From Amoebophrya sp. A120 (taxonomy: Eukaryota; Protista; Dinoflagellata): DNA of 64,000 nt. Made by a program: the position numbers and the translations under genes. The stretch lies in the NCBI GenBank assembly GCA_905178155.1, contig CAJINV010000018.1, positions 130,479-194,478 on the forward strand, read 5' to 3'. The notes beneath the pieces are model-generated. The model saw only the letters and a list, made by a program, of their open reading frames with translations. It did not search any database and was not told the origin of the DNA. Below are positions 33,501 to 42,125 of this stretch, in pieces (the stretch's first letter is position 1; each line of letters begins with the position of its first letter).

Positions 33501-35081
33501 GTATTCGTGCACCAATTCCGCAAATGCGTCGGTCAGCATCTGCTCCAAGTAGTCCTGGTACTTGCTGTCCCACTGATTCATAAAATCAATGTCGACCGCC
33601 TGGTCCTTCTGTTTTCCCGGCAGTCCTTTCACGACGTGTTTCGGCTCGTGTAAGCTGGACTGCGGCTTTTGTCGGTTCCCACTTTTGTCGCGAAGATCGT
33701 TGGTGAAGTGCGGCATGCCGGCGACCCGCATGCCCTCGACAAAGTCCGCAAACGTTGGCTCCGGCGGACTACCTTCGACCGAGCTCGGGCCCGACCCGAG
33801 CTTGATCGAAGATAGAGTGTGTTTGCGCTTGGCTGCCTCGTAGACCAGCCGCAGAAAGAGCAGCTCCAACCTCGGGTTTGCCAGCTGGAAGTCAGCGCGC
33901 TCCTTGCTGTAGGTCGTGCTTCGCGAGGACGGGGCACCTGCTCCGCTGGTTCCCACAACGAGTTCGGACGCCGAATTACGAACCCTCGCCTTCACGGCGG
34001 CCGGAGACTCATTGCCAGAGGTGTCGCCCGGCTTTGAACTTCCTATGAGCTCCTTCCACGCGCCCATGCGGCGGAATGTGCCCCAGTTCGGGAGCTCTCG
34101 AAAATCTTCCGCGACCTTGGAAACCCGATCGCGTTCAGCTCGAAGCTGGTCGAGCGGAAGTCTAGTCCCGAGATCCGCGGCATCGGTTCTGGTCTCTATG
34201 TCCAGCAGTGCCTGCTGAATGATTTCTGTGCGCGCGAGGCGCGAATCCTTCACTAGTTGCATCCACTCAGAGTCTGCTGCAACCTGTTCTGCGATTTTTT
34301 GCAGTTTCTGCCGTCCTGGCGCCTTTTTCTTGTCGCTCTTCAGTTCCGTCTCACTCGTCGGGCGGATCCGCGCAAACAATTTCCTGAACTCCAAGTTGTG
34401 CTGCGCGACCTGCTGTTGGCCGTCCGCGGATACGCTTTCCTCGAAAAGGAGGTCCTCTGTCAGCACGTGCGGAAGGAGTGCCACTCTTGTGTGCGACTCT
34501 GGAAACATGGAGTCCAGTCGGTCCTGAATGGGTTCTTTCGCCGTGGTTCCCTCGTCGGACAAGTCGAGGGTCGCCGACCCCTCCAGCGCGTTCCAGGGCC
34601 GCACCGACAGCGATAAATGGTTCAGCAGCAGTTGAAACTCCGATACGGCATAGGTCATCGCTGGGGTTGGTGGCTCGTTCGCCGGCTTGCTTCCGAATTC
34701 CTCGTCGTCCGCATCGTCGGCGGCGCCGCGAGACAGCAGCGCAAACTGCTTCAGGGCGTATTCGTCGGCAGAGCTAGGATCCACGTTTCTGGTGTTTCCG
34801 GTCTGCCCCACTGTTAGTGCGCTGTACTTTCTCCCGAAACTCACCAGATTCTCCTCCTCAGTCAATTTGTCTTCCTGCTCCCGAATGCCTTTCCACGCCT
34901 GCGCACCTTCGTACGCGCGTGCGCCGGAAAGCGCTGAAAATGCCGCGAGGCCGGCAAAAAATGCCGTCATGACCACAACCCGCGGTCGTCGCTGTTGGTT
35001 CGCTGATGAGGTCGTGGAAACCCGCAACATGCGAGAACTGGTTTCTTTTCCTTGCGCAGGGAAAGAGGGTGAGGAAATCAT
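1..35081 (-). CDS. Giant multi-exon gene (~47 introns, >7,600 aa, runs off the left edge): signal peptide, long helical/charged regions, SecA-like SF2 ATPase, USP (peptidase C19) domain
   Basis: The minus-strand ORF fragments 33027-35081, 32097-32834, 31057-31812, 28645-30852, 26780-28066 and on down to 1085-2413 join in frame when each TIR element plus one 5-bp direct repeat is removed (44 junctions checked by hand). One junction at ~23820-24070 is unresolved. Confidence 0.85.
627..835. mobile_element. Introner, family B
   Basis: TIR tatcccacgaagaaactg...cagttttttcttgcgata; DR ggaag/ggaag; in-frame join DSTS|SGSS. Confidence 0.9.
893..1154. mobile_element. Introner, family A (262 bp)
   Basis: TIR tatcaaatgaaaaaatgtctgggtctg...cagacccagacatttttacatttgata; DR tgctc; join TLE|QLW. 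Confidence 0.92.
2265..2535. mobile_element. Introner, family A
   Basis: DR tgttg; join QVYN|TASS. Confidence 0.9.
3418..3700. mobile_element. Introner, family C
   Basis: TIR tatcctgagcaaaaacgtcccca...tggggacgtttttcctcaggata; DR tcggt/ccggt; join RHR|THVF. Confidence 0.9.
3822..4108. mobile_element. Introner, family C
   Basis: DR tttgg; join KNQ|NKEV. Confidence 0.88.
4262..4410. mobile_element. Introner, family D (149 bp)
   Basis: Long TIR tgcaaaagcatcgtactcgtataaatgca...tgcatttatacgagtacgatacttttgca; DR gtttt; join KREN|QTW. Confidence 0.9.
4466..4727. mobile_element. Introner, family A (262 bp)
   Basis: DR acgtc/acatc; in-frame join. Confidence 0.9.
4933..5244. mobile_element. Introner, family E
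   Basis: TIR tatcaaagtgaaaaatcccccc...ggggggatttttccttttgata; DR tgctt; join TLK|QAN. Confidence 0.9.
5302..5511. mobile_element. Introner, family B (opposite orientation to 627-835)
   Basis: DR ctctg; join DRR|AHE. Confidence 0.9.
6049..6316. mobile_element. Introner, family A TIR, variant interior
   Basis: DR gtcgt; join HMND|EVL. Confidence 0.88.
6357..6562. mobile_element. Introner, family F (single copy here)
   Basis: TIR tatgcgagaaaaaaagttcgtcac...gtgacaagcttttttctctccata; DR aaaaa; join MFAF|WLND. Confidence 0.85.
6680..6881. mobile_element. Introner, family G
   Basis: TIR tatcccacagaaaaag...tctgttggata; DR cctca/actca; in-frame join. Confidence 0.85.
8020..8216. mobile_element. 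Degenerate introner
   Basis: Short TIR tatgcactgc/gcagtggata; DR decayed (gggag/gccaa); removing the element plus 5 nt still restores frame. Confidence 0.6.
9326..9496. mobile_element. Introner, family G
   Basis: TIR tatcccacagaaaaaaactggcagg...cctgccagcttttttctgtgggata; DR acgca; join QIA|YMV. Confidence 0.9.
9586..9908. mobile_element. Introner, family E (323 bp)
   Basis: DR acatc; join GSGM|YVFD, just after SecA motif VI. Confidence 0.9.
10170..10480. mobile_element. Introner, family H
   Basis: TIR tatcacagtgaaaaatgccc...gggcatttttcattggaata; DR cagcg/caccg; in-frame join. Confidence 0.88.
10541..10750. mobile_element. Introner, B-like TIR, distinct interior
   Basis: tatccaggaaaaaaactg...cagtttttttcttgcata; DR tcctt; join SIKD|VSTL. 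Confidence 0.88.
12456..12609. mobile_element. Introner, family D (reverse orientation)
   Basis: DR ccgcg/ctgcg; join PTQ|EDL. Confidence 0.88.
12913..13061. mobile_element. Introner, family D (149 bp)
   Basis: DR acgac; join PVVV|RIW. Confidence 0.9.
13398..13721. mobile_element. Introner, C-like diverged
   Basis: tatcatgtgcaaaaacgtccca...tgggacgtttttaccatggata; DR catac; join KTQY|EEW. Confidence 0.88.
13788..14066. mobile_element. Introner, family C (279 bp)
   Basis: Left end is gatc rather than tatc; DR cgcgg/tgcgg; join ALAA|SKKF between Walker A and motif Ia. Confidence 0.88.
14348..14599. mobile_element. Introner, family A2 (252 bp)
   Basis: Family A TIR with a different interior; DR agaaa; join GFS|ASS. 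Confidence 0.9.
14665..14926. mobile_element. Introner, family A (262 bp)
   Basis: DR cgcgt; join FLDA|FGK. Confidence 0.92.
15151..15402. mobile_element. Introner, family A2 (252 bp)
   Basis: DR cgaga; join ELIS|DQK. Confidence 0.92.
15449..15710. mobile_element. Introner, family A (reverse orientation, 262 bp)
   Basis: DR cccgg/cctgg; join SQ|VYF. Confidence 0.9.
15947..16175. mobile_element. Introner, family J (single copy, weak TIR)
   Basis: tatccagggagtaaagggc...gcccttttttctttgcata; DR aatgc; join SRH|LKV. Confidence 0.82.
16262..16580. mobile_element. Introner, family E
   Basis: DR gccga; join DSR|LEF. Confidence 0.9.
16630..16937. mobile_element. Introner, family K (single copy, ~37-bp TIR)
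   Basis: tatggatgtgtcaggatcgaaatcgacaaaatcgaaa...tttcgattttgtcaatttcgattctgacacttccata; DR agcgt; join QTL|VQR. Confidence 0.9.
17728..18006. mobile_element. Introner, family C (279 bp)
   Basis: DR caaac; join LGGL|LVG. Confidence 0.92.
18650..18913. mobile_element. Introner, family A (reverse orientation)
   Basis: DR aaaca; join AFV|SVQ. Confidence 0.9.
18959..19120. mobile_element. Introner, family D (reverse orientation)
   Basis: DR gccgc; join FGG|RSG. Confidence 0.9.
19231..19552. mobile_element. Introner, family E
   Basis: DR tctct; join QQR|VLK. Confidence 0.9.
19613..19816. mobile_element. Introner, family A, internally deleted and diverged
   Basis: Left end catc; DR tccgg; join NPE|LEE. 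Confidence 0.85.
19893..20145. mobile_element. Introner, family A3 (253 bp)
   Basis: DR gacga; join EVV|EAA. Confidence 0.9.
20372..20694. mobile_element. Introner, family E (323 bp)
   Basis: DR cagca; join ADA|AAW. Confidence 0.9.
21613..21865. mobile_element. Introner, family A3 (253 bp)
   Basis: DR cgcgg/cgccg; join EAA|LEK. Confidence 0.9.
23113..23374. mobile_element. Introner, family A (262 bp)
   Basis: DR cagtt; join KEL|DPD; near-identical to 14665-14926. Confidence 0.92.
24992..25140. mobile_element. Introner, family D (149 bp)
   Basis: DR gttct; join ESE|PLL. Confidence 0.92.
25627..25935. mobile_element. Introner, family H (opposite orientation to 10170-10480)
   Basis: DR cagtc; join LRL|MVN. 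Confidence 0.9.
26013..26291. mobile_element. Introner, family C (279 bp)
   Basis: DR gcgac; join LRR|GSR. Confidence 0.92.
26760..27053. mobile_element. Introner, H-like, diverged
   Basis: tatcatattgaaaagcgccc...gggcgctcttcagtgcaata; DR cggaa/cggag; join SLR|EIL. Confidence 0.8.
28096..28347. mobile_element. Introner, family A2 (reverse orientation, 252 bp)
   Basis: DR ccgaa; join CFR|EDG. Confidence 0.92.
28453..28714. mobile_element. Introner, family A (262 bp)
   Basis: DR agctc; join REL|SGT. Confidence 0.92.
30820..31084. mobile_element. Introner, family A TIR, interior like 6049-6316
   Basis: DR atcga; join TSM|NEK. Confidence 0.88.
31826..32130. other. Probable intron bounded by an imperfect inverted repeat, no clear DR (boundaries approximate)
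   Basis: aggtggaagacggcaggatacatggtcaag (31833-) pairs with cttgatcatgctattatcctgccatgttccatct (-32125); it separates two exons of the giant gene. Confidence 0.55.
32829..33041 (-). other. Probable canonical GT-AG intron
   Basis: GAG|GTCTAT...TTTGCAG|ATCCTG is a phase-0 in-frame join; an alternative in-frame acceptor lies at 32799. Confidence 0.55.
34914..35030 (-). other. Putative N-terminal signal peptide of the giant protein
   Basis: RRPRVVVMTAFFAGLAAFSALSGARA|YEG has a basic n-region, a hydrophobic h-region and an A-X-A cleavage site. Confidence 0.6.
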
Positions 35082-36354
35082 CGCGTGCGAAGAAGTGTCT
35101 TTCGTTTACATGGACACGTTTGAGATTTTTGTAAGTATGTGGTTCTTGGAAGAAAATCAATAAGAATAACAGAATATCGTTATATTTCGTGATTCGTAAA
35201 GATTTTTGAATATGATCGACGAATAGAAGTAAAAAACAAAAAGAATGTCTGAGATAACACGAAGGAAGTAGTTCGTTAAGTTTGATTTCAGCAATAGATG
35301 TTTTGGATGAGAAATATCACTAAGTTTTATTTTTCTTCGAATAACATAATCATATACAATATCAAGTGGAAAATGCGAAGACAGCTTCGAACGGCATGTC
35401 TGTAGAAACGATTGCTCGGCAAAAACGATTTTGCCTCAACTCAACCTTTCCATACAGAGCAGGAAAAATGAAGTCTCGCTCGTTATATTTCGTTGTGATA
35501 TCGGGGATTCTCTATGTGTCAATCGTACATAAGTGGAAGCTCGCGTCTGCGTCTAGCGTTTAGGGGGACTTACTATTGTTTCTTAAAGTCTTTGTTGACT
35601 ACTCACCTTACATAAAGCTGATGTAGCGGTGTCGACTTTTGTGAGTGCTACTCTGGTGTGACGTAGCCAAAAACTGTAGATCAATGAATAAGCCTGGAGA
35701 TGATGAAAAGGAGTGATGCTGTGGATGATAAATACCTCTTCGACTTAGAGTTAGACATGAAGAAACTAATACTAATGTTGTGCGATGCGCGCAGCATAGC
35801 TGCCAACATCAACACGAAGCAGCTTGCTAGGAATAGTTAGATCGGACATGACGTCCTGGACACACGTCCTGGACCGGAAGGCTAGACCCTTTTTTGACTA
35901 TACTTGGGTGTTCTGGTACATTGCAAGTAGTGATCACGTATAACATCTTCAGGGGGAGCGAACTTGCAAGAAAGTAGATCTTGTTTGGTCGACTACGTAC
36001 ACTGACTACGATTGATCACAACTTCGGAATCGGATCACTTCTTTGTTCACCCATGGCATTGCGCCAGTTGGTAAAAAAGCTGCAAGATGATCGTCGACGA
36101 GCTGGGTCATTATCAAAAAGGCACGCAAGAATGCTGCTTACAATCGATCTGCGTCGTCTGACAGTTGAATAAAAGTAGTGCAGCTCTGTCAAAAGCTTAA
36201 GGAGATCTCGCCAGAACTGTCACACTGGAAGATCCGCCAAGTTTTTCTATCCAATGTGTGTGGACCGAACTGCATGTGGCCCGTTCGTACATTATCGTAA
36301 ACGAAGGAACTTGCCGAAGCAGAGTGTAGTATTGCCCGAATGACAGGAATCAAT

Positions 36355-37020
36355 TTGCAATGAAAATGATTGCTAATACCATCATGGCACCTCGCATTCG
36401 TACTACTTTTTATTACTTTCTTTAAAAATACTGTTGATCATCCGCTCTGTAACAGAGCCTCTGTTGTCTTCCATAGAGGCTGCACATCCGTGAGGAAGAA
36501 GGCAAGATGCTGACTGACCGATGCTCGGCGTGGAGATCTTCTAGTTACATACTGTTTTTCATTTTTATTGTGACGACACGGCATCCGAGGTGCATTTAAG
36601 GTTACGGAATTTTGACGAAAGGCCTATGGAGAAATCTCTTCCTCTTACAATCCCGAGTTAGTCGTCCGGCCGCCCGGATTTCGTTGGCCGGTTGACAAAG
36701 TCATGGCTTCCGTACAATACCATAAGGATACCAGGTTGCGGAACAGGAATAAAATCGTAATCGAAATAATTGTGCTGGCCACATCAACCGCGGCACCTCG
36801 CCTTCGGATCATCAGAGTCTATTCATACATTACTTCCAAAATAATGCTGTTGATCCGCGCTGTTGTTTTTCACAGAAGCTGTGCACTTCTTAGGAAGGAG
36901 GGAAACAAATGCTGATTGATCTTCGCTCGGCATTTCGATGGTCATCCAATTACTAACTTTGATTGTCCTGACAACACAGTGTCCGTGATTTTAGATTTAG
37001 AGTTAAGGAATTTCGAATTT
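36355..37020. repeat. Degenerate non-coding direct duplication (~270 bp x2, ~400 bp apart) downstream of gene 2
   Basis: Shared blocks ggcacctcgc, ctgttgatc, ggaagaagg/ggaaggagg, atgctga, gctcggc and agtta.ggaattt at ~36355-36615 and ~36755-37015. Confidence 0.6.
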
Positions 37021-37039
37021 CCGTCAATCTCTTGTTGCC

Positions 37040-40000
37040 TCAAGCGTCGGAAGATCCGCTGGTGGTGTCATCAGATTGCTGCATTGCGTTTCGCTGTAAG
37101 AACCTTCTGTTTTGCCGAGTATGGTAGAGCCTCCCATTCGTCCCGCCGCCCCCCGACTCCGCTTTCGCCTTTGGTTTGGACTTCCCGAACGACTTGGCTC
37201 GACTCGCGGCAGAGCCGGCGAGATGCTTCGGGGCAGCTGTTCTCGAAGGCTCGTCGTCACTGTCGTTGTCGGAGGAACTGTCGTATGCATCGCAAAAATA
37301 TGATCCCGGTTGTATGATCTGGTCTCTCACCTGAATACGCATGACAGATTCTGTTTGTCTTTTTGAAGAAGTACGTAGATCACAATGAATACATTTGCGA
37401 TGCATATGTCGTCATCGGAAGGCCGCTTTGGAGAAACCGGCGGTTTTGGCGCCGGCGCGGCTAGAGCCGAAGATCGACTTTCCATGCCCGGCAAGGTCGT
37501 TTGCGGTATTGCAGCTCCTGCTTGCGCCCGCAAACGCTCTTCGTTTTCCGCGCGTTCCTTAGCCTCCCGGTCCGCGCGCTCTTTCGCCTCTTTGTCCGCT
37601 TGCTCCTTGGCCTCTCTTTCCGCACGGTCCCGTGCTTCCTGCTCTTGTTTCTCCGCACGAGCTCTCACTTCCTGTTCCGACGATGCTGGTGCGACGCTGC
37701 TTGCACTACCACCTGAAGATCTTTCCGGAGGAGAAAACGCTGCAGGACCACCAGCAGCAGCGGGGGCTGCACCTCCCGCAGGTTGCTGCGCCGGGGCGGA
37801 TGGTCCATTGTCATCACTCGAGTCGTCATCGTCGCTACTTTTGTTGCTTGCCGCGCCTCCCGTCCTTCTTGCAAAGGCTACCGAACTTACTTGACTAATA
37901 CGACCAGCCCCCACGGAGCCACCCCGCTGTCCGGCGACGGCCCGCGGCTTGGGTTTCGACTTCGCTTTCGGCTTCCCAAGCGACTTGCCTCGACTTTTAG
38001 CAGAGCAGGCGCTTTGCTTCGGGGCAGCTGTTCTCGAAGGCTCGTCGTCACTGTCGATGTCCGAGGAACTGTTCTTGTATGCATCGCAAAAGTATGTTGA
38101 TTCTTACTCGTATGAATTGCAACCTGGCATGACATCTTCAGTACATCTGGTCTCTCAAGAACAACTGAATACGCATTTTTCAAAAAGTTTGTTTTTGATG
38201 CAAAATATAAAAACTGTAGTACGTACACCTACAACGCGTATGTGATCGCACTTTTGCAATGCATATGTCGTCGGCAGGAGACCGTTTTGGAGCACCCGGC
38301 GGTTTTGGTGCTGCCGCCGCCGGAGTGGAAGCTCGACTTTCAACGCCCGGCAAGACCGTTTGCGGTATTGCAGCTGCTTGCGCCCGCAAACGCTCTGCGT
38401 TTTCCGCGCAGTCCTTGGCCTCCTGGTCCGCGCGTTCTTTGTCCGCGCGCTCTTTTGCCTCGCTGTCCGCTCGTTCCCTGGCCTCTCTTTCTGCGCGATC
38501 TTGTGCTTCCTGCGCGGCTGCGCGGTCCTTTGCCTCTTGTTCCGCGCGAGACTTTTCCTGCTGCTCCACACGGTCTCTTGCCTCTTGTTCCGCGCGGGCT
38601 TTTTGTTCTTGCTCCAAACGCCGCTCCCGTTCGACTCGCTCCTTTTCCAGTTGTTTCTCCCTCTCCTCTTGCTCCAAGCGACCTTGTTGCCTCTCCTGCT
38701 CCTCGCGCTTCGCTACTGCAGCGGCGTCAGCCAGGGCACTAGTAGTACCCGACGAGGACCCCGCAGCACCTGCCACTTCCGCATCACTGCTGTCATCGTC
38801 GCTGGAGCTGTTATGTTCGGGGGCACCTCGCGCGCCGCGCTTCGCAACTACCCTTGCCTTCGGTTTCGCCTTACCGGCGGGGGACTTCGGACCACCAGCG
38901 GCTTTCGCCCGCGGCGGGCCCGCCTGTCGGGGAGGTTCGTCATCGGAATCGACGTCGGACGAACTCTCATCGTGATCTCGACGAGCAGCAGCAGGTGGGG
39001 GTTTAGGAGTTTGGGAAACAGGTGTTCGTGATTCTTCATGCGGCAGAGTAGCAGGACCACCAGCAGCAACGGGGGCTGCACCTCCCGCAGGTTGCTGCGC
39101 CGGGGCGGATGGTCCATTGTCATCACTCGAGTCGTCATCGTCGCTACTTTTGTTGCTTGCCGCGCCTCCCGTCCTTCTTGCCGCGCCTACCGAACTTCGT
39201 TGATTACGACCAACCATCACGGGTTCCGGCTTCGCTTTGGGCTTCGGCTTGGATTTCGACTTCGCTTTGGGCTTCCCAAGCGACTTGCCTCGACTTTTGG
39301 CAGAACCGGCGCTTTGCTTCGGGGCAGCTGTTCTCGAAGGCTCGTCGTCGCTGTCGTTGTCCGAAGAACTACTGTCGTATACATTGCAAAAGTATTTATT
39401 CGTAGGTGTAGTATGAAAAATTGTTGAATTCTCCTGGCATGACATGTTCAGGTATGGTCTCTCAGCTGAATACGCATGACAGATTCAGATACTGTGTCTC
39501 ATAGAAAAAGCTTTACCTGCTTAATTATGCGAAACCGAAACTTCTTCGTACGTAGGCGATCATAGTACTTTTGCAATGCATATGTCGTCATGGGGAAAGC
39601 GTTTTGGAGCAGCGGGCGGTTTTGGCGCCGCCACAGCCGCCGCAGCGGAAGCTCGACTTTCAACGCCCGGCAAAACCGTTTGCGGTGTCGCAGCTGCTTG
39701 CGCCCGCAAACGCTCTTCGTTTTCCGCGCGGTCCTTGGCCTCCAGGTCCGCGCGCTCTTTGTCCGCGCGCTCTTTTGCCTCTCTGTCCGCTTGCTTCCTG
39801 GCCTCTCTTTCCGCGCGATCTTGTGCTTCCTGCGCGGCTGCACGGTCCTTTGCCTCTTGTTCCGCGCGAGCCTTTTCCTCTTGCTCCGCACGGTGTCTTG
39901 CCTCTTGTTCCGCGCGGGCTTTTTGCTCTTTCTCCGCACGAGCTTTCTCCTCCCGTTCGCGCTCCGCCACTGCAGCGGCGGCAGCCTGTGCACTAGTACC

Positions 40001-41914
40001 TGACGACCCCGCAGCACCTGCCACTTCTGCATCACTGTCATCATCGCTGGGGCTGGAGTTTTCCGCTTGTCCGCCCCGACGCACGGGTGCACCTCGCGCG
40101 CCGCGCTTCGCAGCTACCCTTGCCGTCGGTTTTGCCTTACCGGCGGGGGACTTTGGGCCACCAGCGGCTTTCGCCCGTGCCGGACCCGCCTGTCGGGGAG
40201 GCTCGTCATCGGAATCGACGTCGGACGAACTCTGATCGTGAGCAGCAGTTGTTGGGGGTTTAGGAGTTTGGGCACCCACTGTTCGGGACGTTTCTTGCGG
40301 CAGAGTAGCCGGGCCACCAGTAGCAGCAGTCGCCGCGGTTGACGTCGGGGATGTTGGGTCAGCATCAACACCATCTGCACTTCTAGTTCCTGATTGTTCC
40401 TGCGGTTGATGTAAGTATGAATTGCAATGTGGCATGACGTCTTCAGATCTGGTCTCGCAGCTGAATACCCATGACAGATTCCGTTTCTCGCTTTCAAAAA
40501 GTTCATTTATGCAAAATGTACTTGAAGACGTATGTAGCAGTACTTTTGCAATGCATATGTCGTTATCCGAAGTCCATTTTGGAACAGCCGGCGGACATGG
40601 CACAGCCGCAGCTGGAACAGAAGCGCCGGCGTTTGCATTCAGTGCTGCAGAGAAAGCAGAACTTGGGTGCAGTTGTCCCTGTTGCCGATTTGGGGCGTCG
40701 TCCAAGGCGTCGGTCGCTACGCCGGCTGCGTCGCCACAAGCCTGTCCACTGGCGGACCCCATTGAGGAATCATTCTGCCCAGTCGCGTCAGCTACACTGC
40801 CGTCCGAATGAATGGTGGAATGGCTTTCGGGATCTCGCGTTCCAGTTTGCTCAGACCAGTAGGGAGTCGTGCACGACGCGGGTTTGAAACTGGAAATATT
40901 CTTCGCAGTCTCCTGTGAAAGTGGCGCCGCACCGGCAGAGGCAACACGACAGTGCGGAACGGCCGACTCAACATCGGAATCACCGTCAGAGCTGCTACTG
41001 CACGGCCTTTCTGGGGCGAGACGGGGTTGCTCTGTGGTTGAGAGCGGCGCGCTTTTCGCTGTTGAAGACGCCGTGTCCATATCAACGTTTTGGAGATGAT
41101 CCGACTCCGCAACATCACTAGTCGCTGCAAAACCACATGGTGTCAGTGCCGAGGAATTATTTGCCTCTGCATGAGCATTCTCTTGTCGCACATCACATTC
41201 TGGCGCTGCGTCAGCTTTCCCTGTCTCTGCACCAACCTCGTGCCGGCCATCACCCTCTGGTGCTGCGTCAGGAAGTCGGCTCGGTGCGACCACAGAAGAA
41301 GTGATGTTTATAGTCTTTCCGTCCAGGACCGATGCGGTGGCGGTGTCAGAAGAGTCAAATCGCGTAGTAGAAAAGCCTACATCATCTACTTCACGAAGTT
41401 TCGAATCGGCGCTTTTGTTCTCAACGAGTGACAAAGAACAGTTTGTCCCTACGTCATCCGTGCCTGACAGCAACAAAGTATGACCCTTCTGCGCAGTCAG
41501 CATCTCCTCGACAGTATTTTTCGGCTCGGCGGCACACGGCGCACTCAGCCCTGATTGTGTTGGTACTTCTGGAGAATCTTCCTTTTCACTGTCCGATTCG
41601 TCCTCCAGACTCGAGATACTGCTACGGCAGAATGACTCTTCGTCGGAATCCTCTTCCGCTGACGCAGGATTTTCTGTTGCCTCAAGGGCAGCTTGCTTCC
41701 TTTCGCGATCCTCTCGTTCGATAACCCTCCAATCAAGGCCTGCCACACTGGACCCGCCTACTGATGAGCAGGGTCGACGTCCAGCTAGCGATGAGGGGGC
41801 ACGTGATCGGGCGCCATCAGACGTGCTTTCCTCATCCGAGGCCTCGTCTTCGCTACATGTTTCTACAACTCGTGACTCAGAGTTGTGTATCCTACGCGAA
41901 AGAAGTTGACCCAT
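37040..41914 (-). CDS. ~1,398-aa low-complexity Ser/Asp/Ala/Pro- and Glu/Arg-rich repeat protein with 4 introner introns; putative N-myristoylation
   Basis: ORFs 39560-41914, 38180-39445, 37327-37914 and 37040-37405 join in frame across the elements. The protein starts MGQLLS (MGxxxS) and has tandem ARAEQEAKDRA coiled-coil units. Confidence 0.75.
37284..37406. mobile_element. Introner, family L (123 bp), duplicated with the host repeat
   Basis: tatgcatcgcaaa...tttgcgatgcata; DR tgtcg; in-frame join. Confidence 0.85.
38078..38265. mobile_element. Introner, family L (188 bp)
   Basis: tatgcatcgcaaaagt...acttttgcaatgcata; DR tcttg/tgtcg; in-frame join. Confidence 0.82.
39378..39582. mobile_element. 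Introner, family L (205 bp)
   Basis: tatacattgcaaaagta...tacttttgcaatgcata; DR tgtcg; in-frame join. Confidence 0.88.
40416..40557. mobile_element. Introner, family L, left end truncated or replaced; stop-free in frame
   Basis: The right end and flank (gcaatgcata|tgtcg) match the sister copies; the left end is tatgaattgcaa; element + 5 = 147 nt and ORF 39560-41914 reads through it. Confidence 0.6.
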
Positions 41915-42125
41915 ATTTTACCTCGAAAAAGATGCCGTGGCGCGTGTCATTCAAATTTTTTATCTGGCTTTGATGCAAAAATTCTGATGGGTTTAGTGCG
42001 GGTCGCGCAAACCGAACTGTTTGCTTCCCAAGGCGAGCTGCCTGCCTGATTCTGTGCAGAAAGTACTTAAGTAACTACACCATCTTCAGTCAGAAATCCA
42101 ATTTCTGTGCTGGTTTCTATGCCGA

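Larger units (their letters stand above)
37130..40620. repeat. Intragenic tandem duplication, ~3 imperfect units of 0.8-1.3 kb, each including an introner
   Basis: Recurring blocks DSDDEPSRTAAPK, GGAASNKSSDDDDSS, ERLRAQAAAxPQTVLPGVESRAS and PKPP..PKR..DD|intron. Confidence 0.9.

Noticed and set aside
1-35081. Pseudogene destroyed by MITE insertions
   Set aside because: I found no stops or frameshifts in the joined exons apart from the one unresolved junction, the catalytic motifs are intact, and one removal rule restores frame 44 times.
35160-36950. tRNA, ncRNA or small ORFs in the intergenic tracts (also 53900-55450)
   Set aside because: I recognised no cloverleaf, rRNA-like or spliced-leader sequence by eye, and the ORFs are short and lack coding-like composition. 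An Infernal or tRNAscan run would be needed to exclude RNAs.
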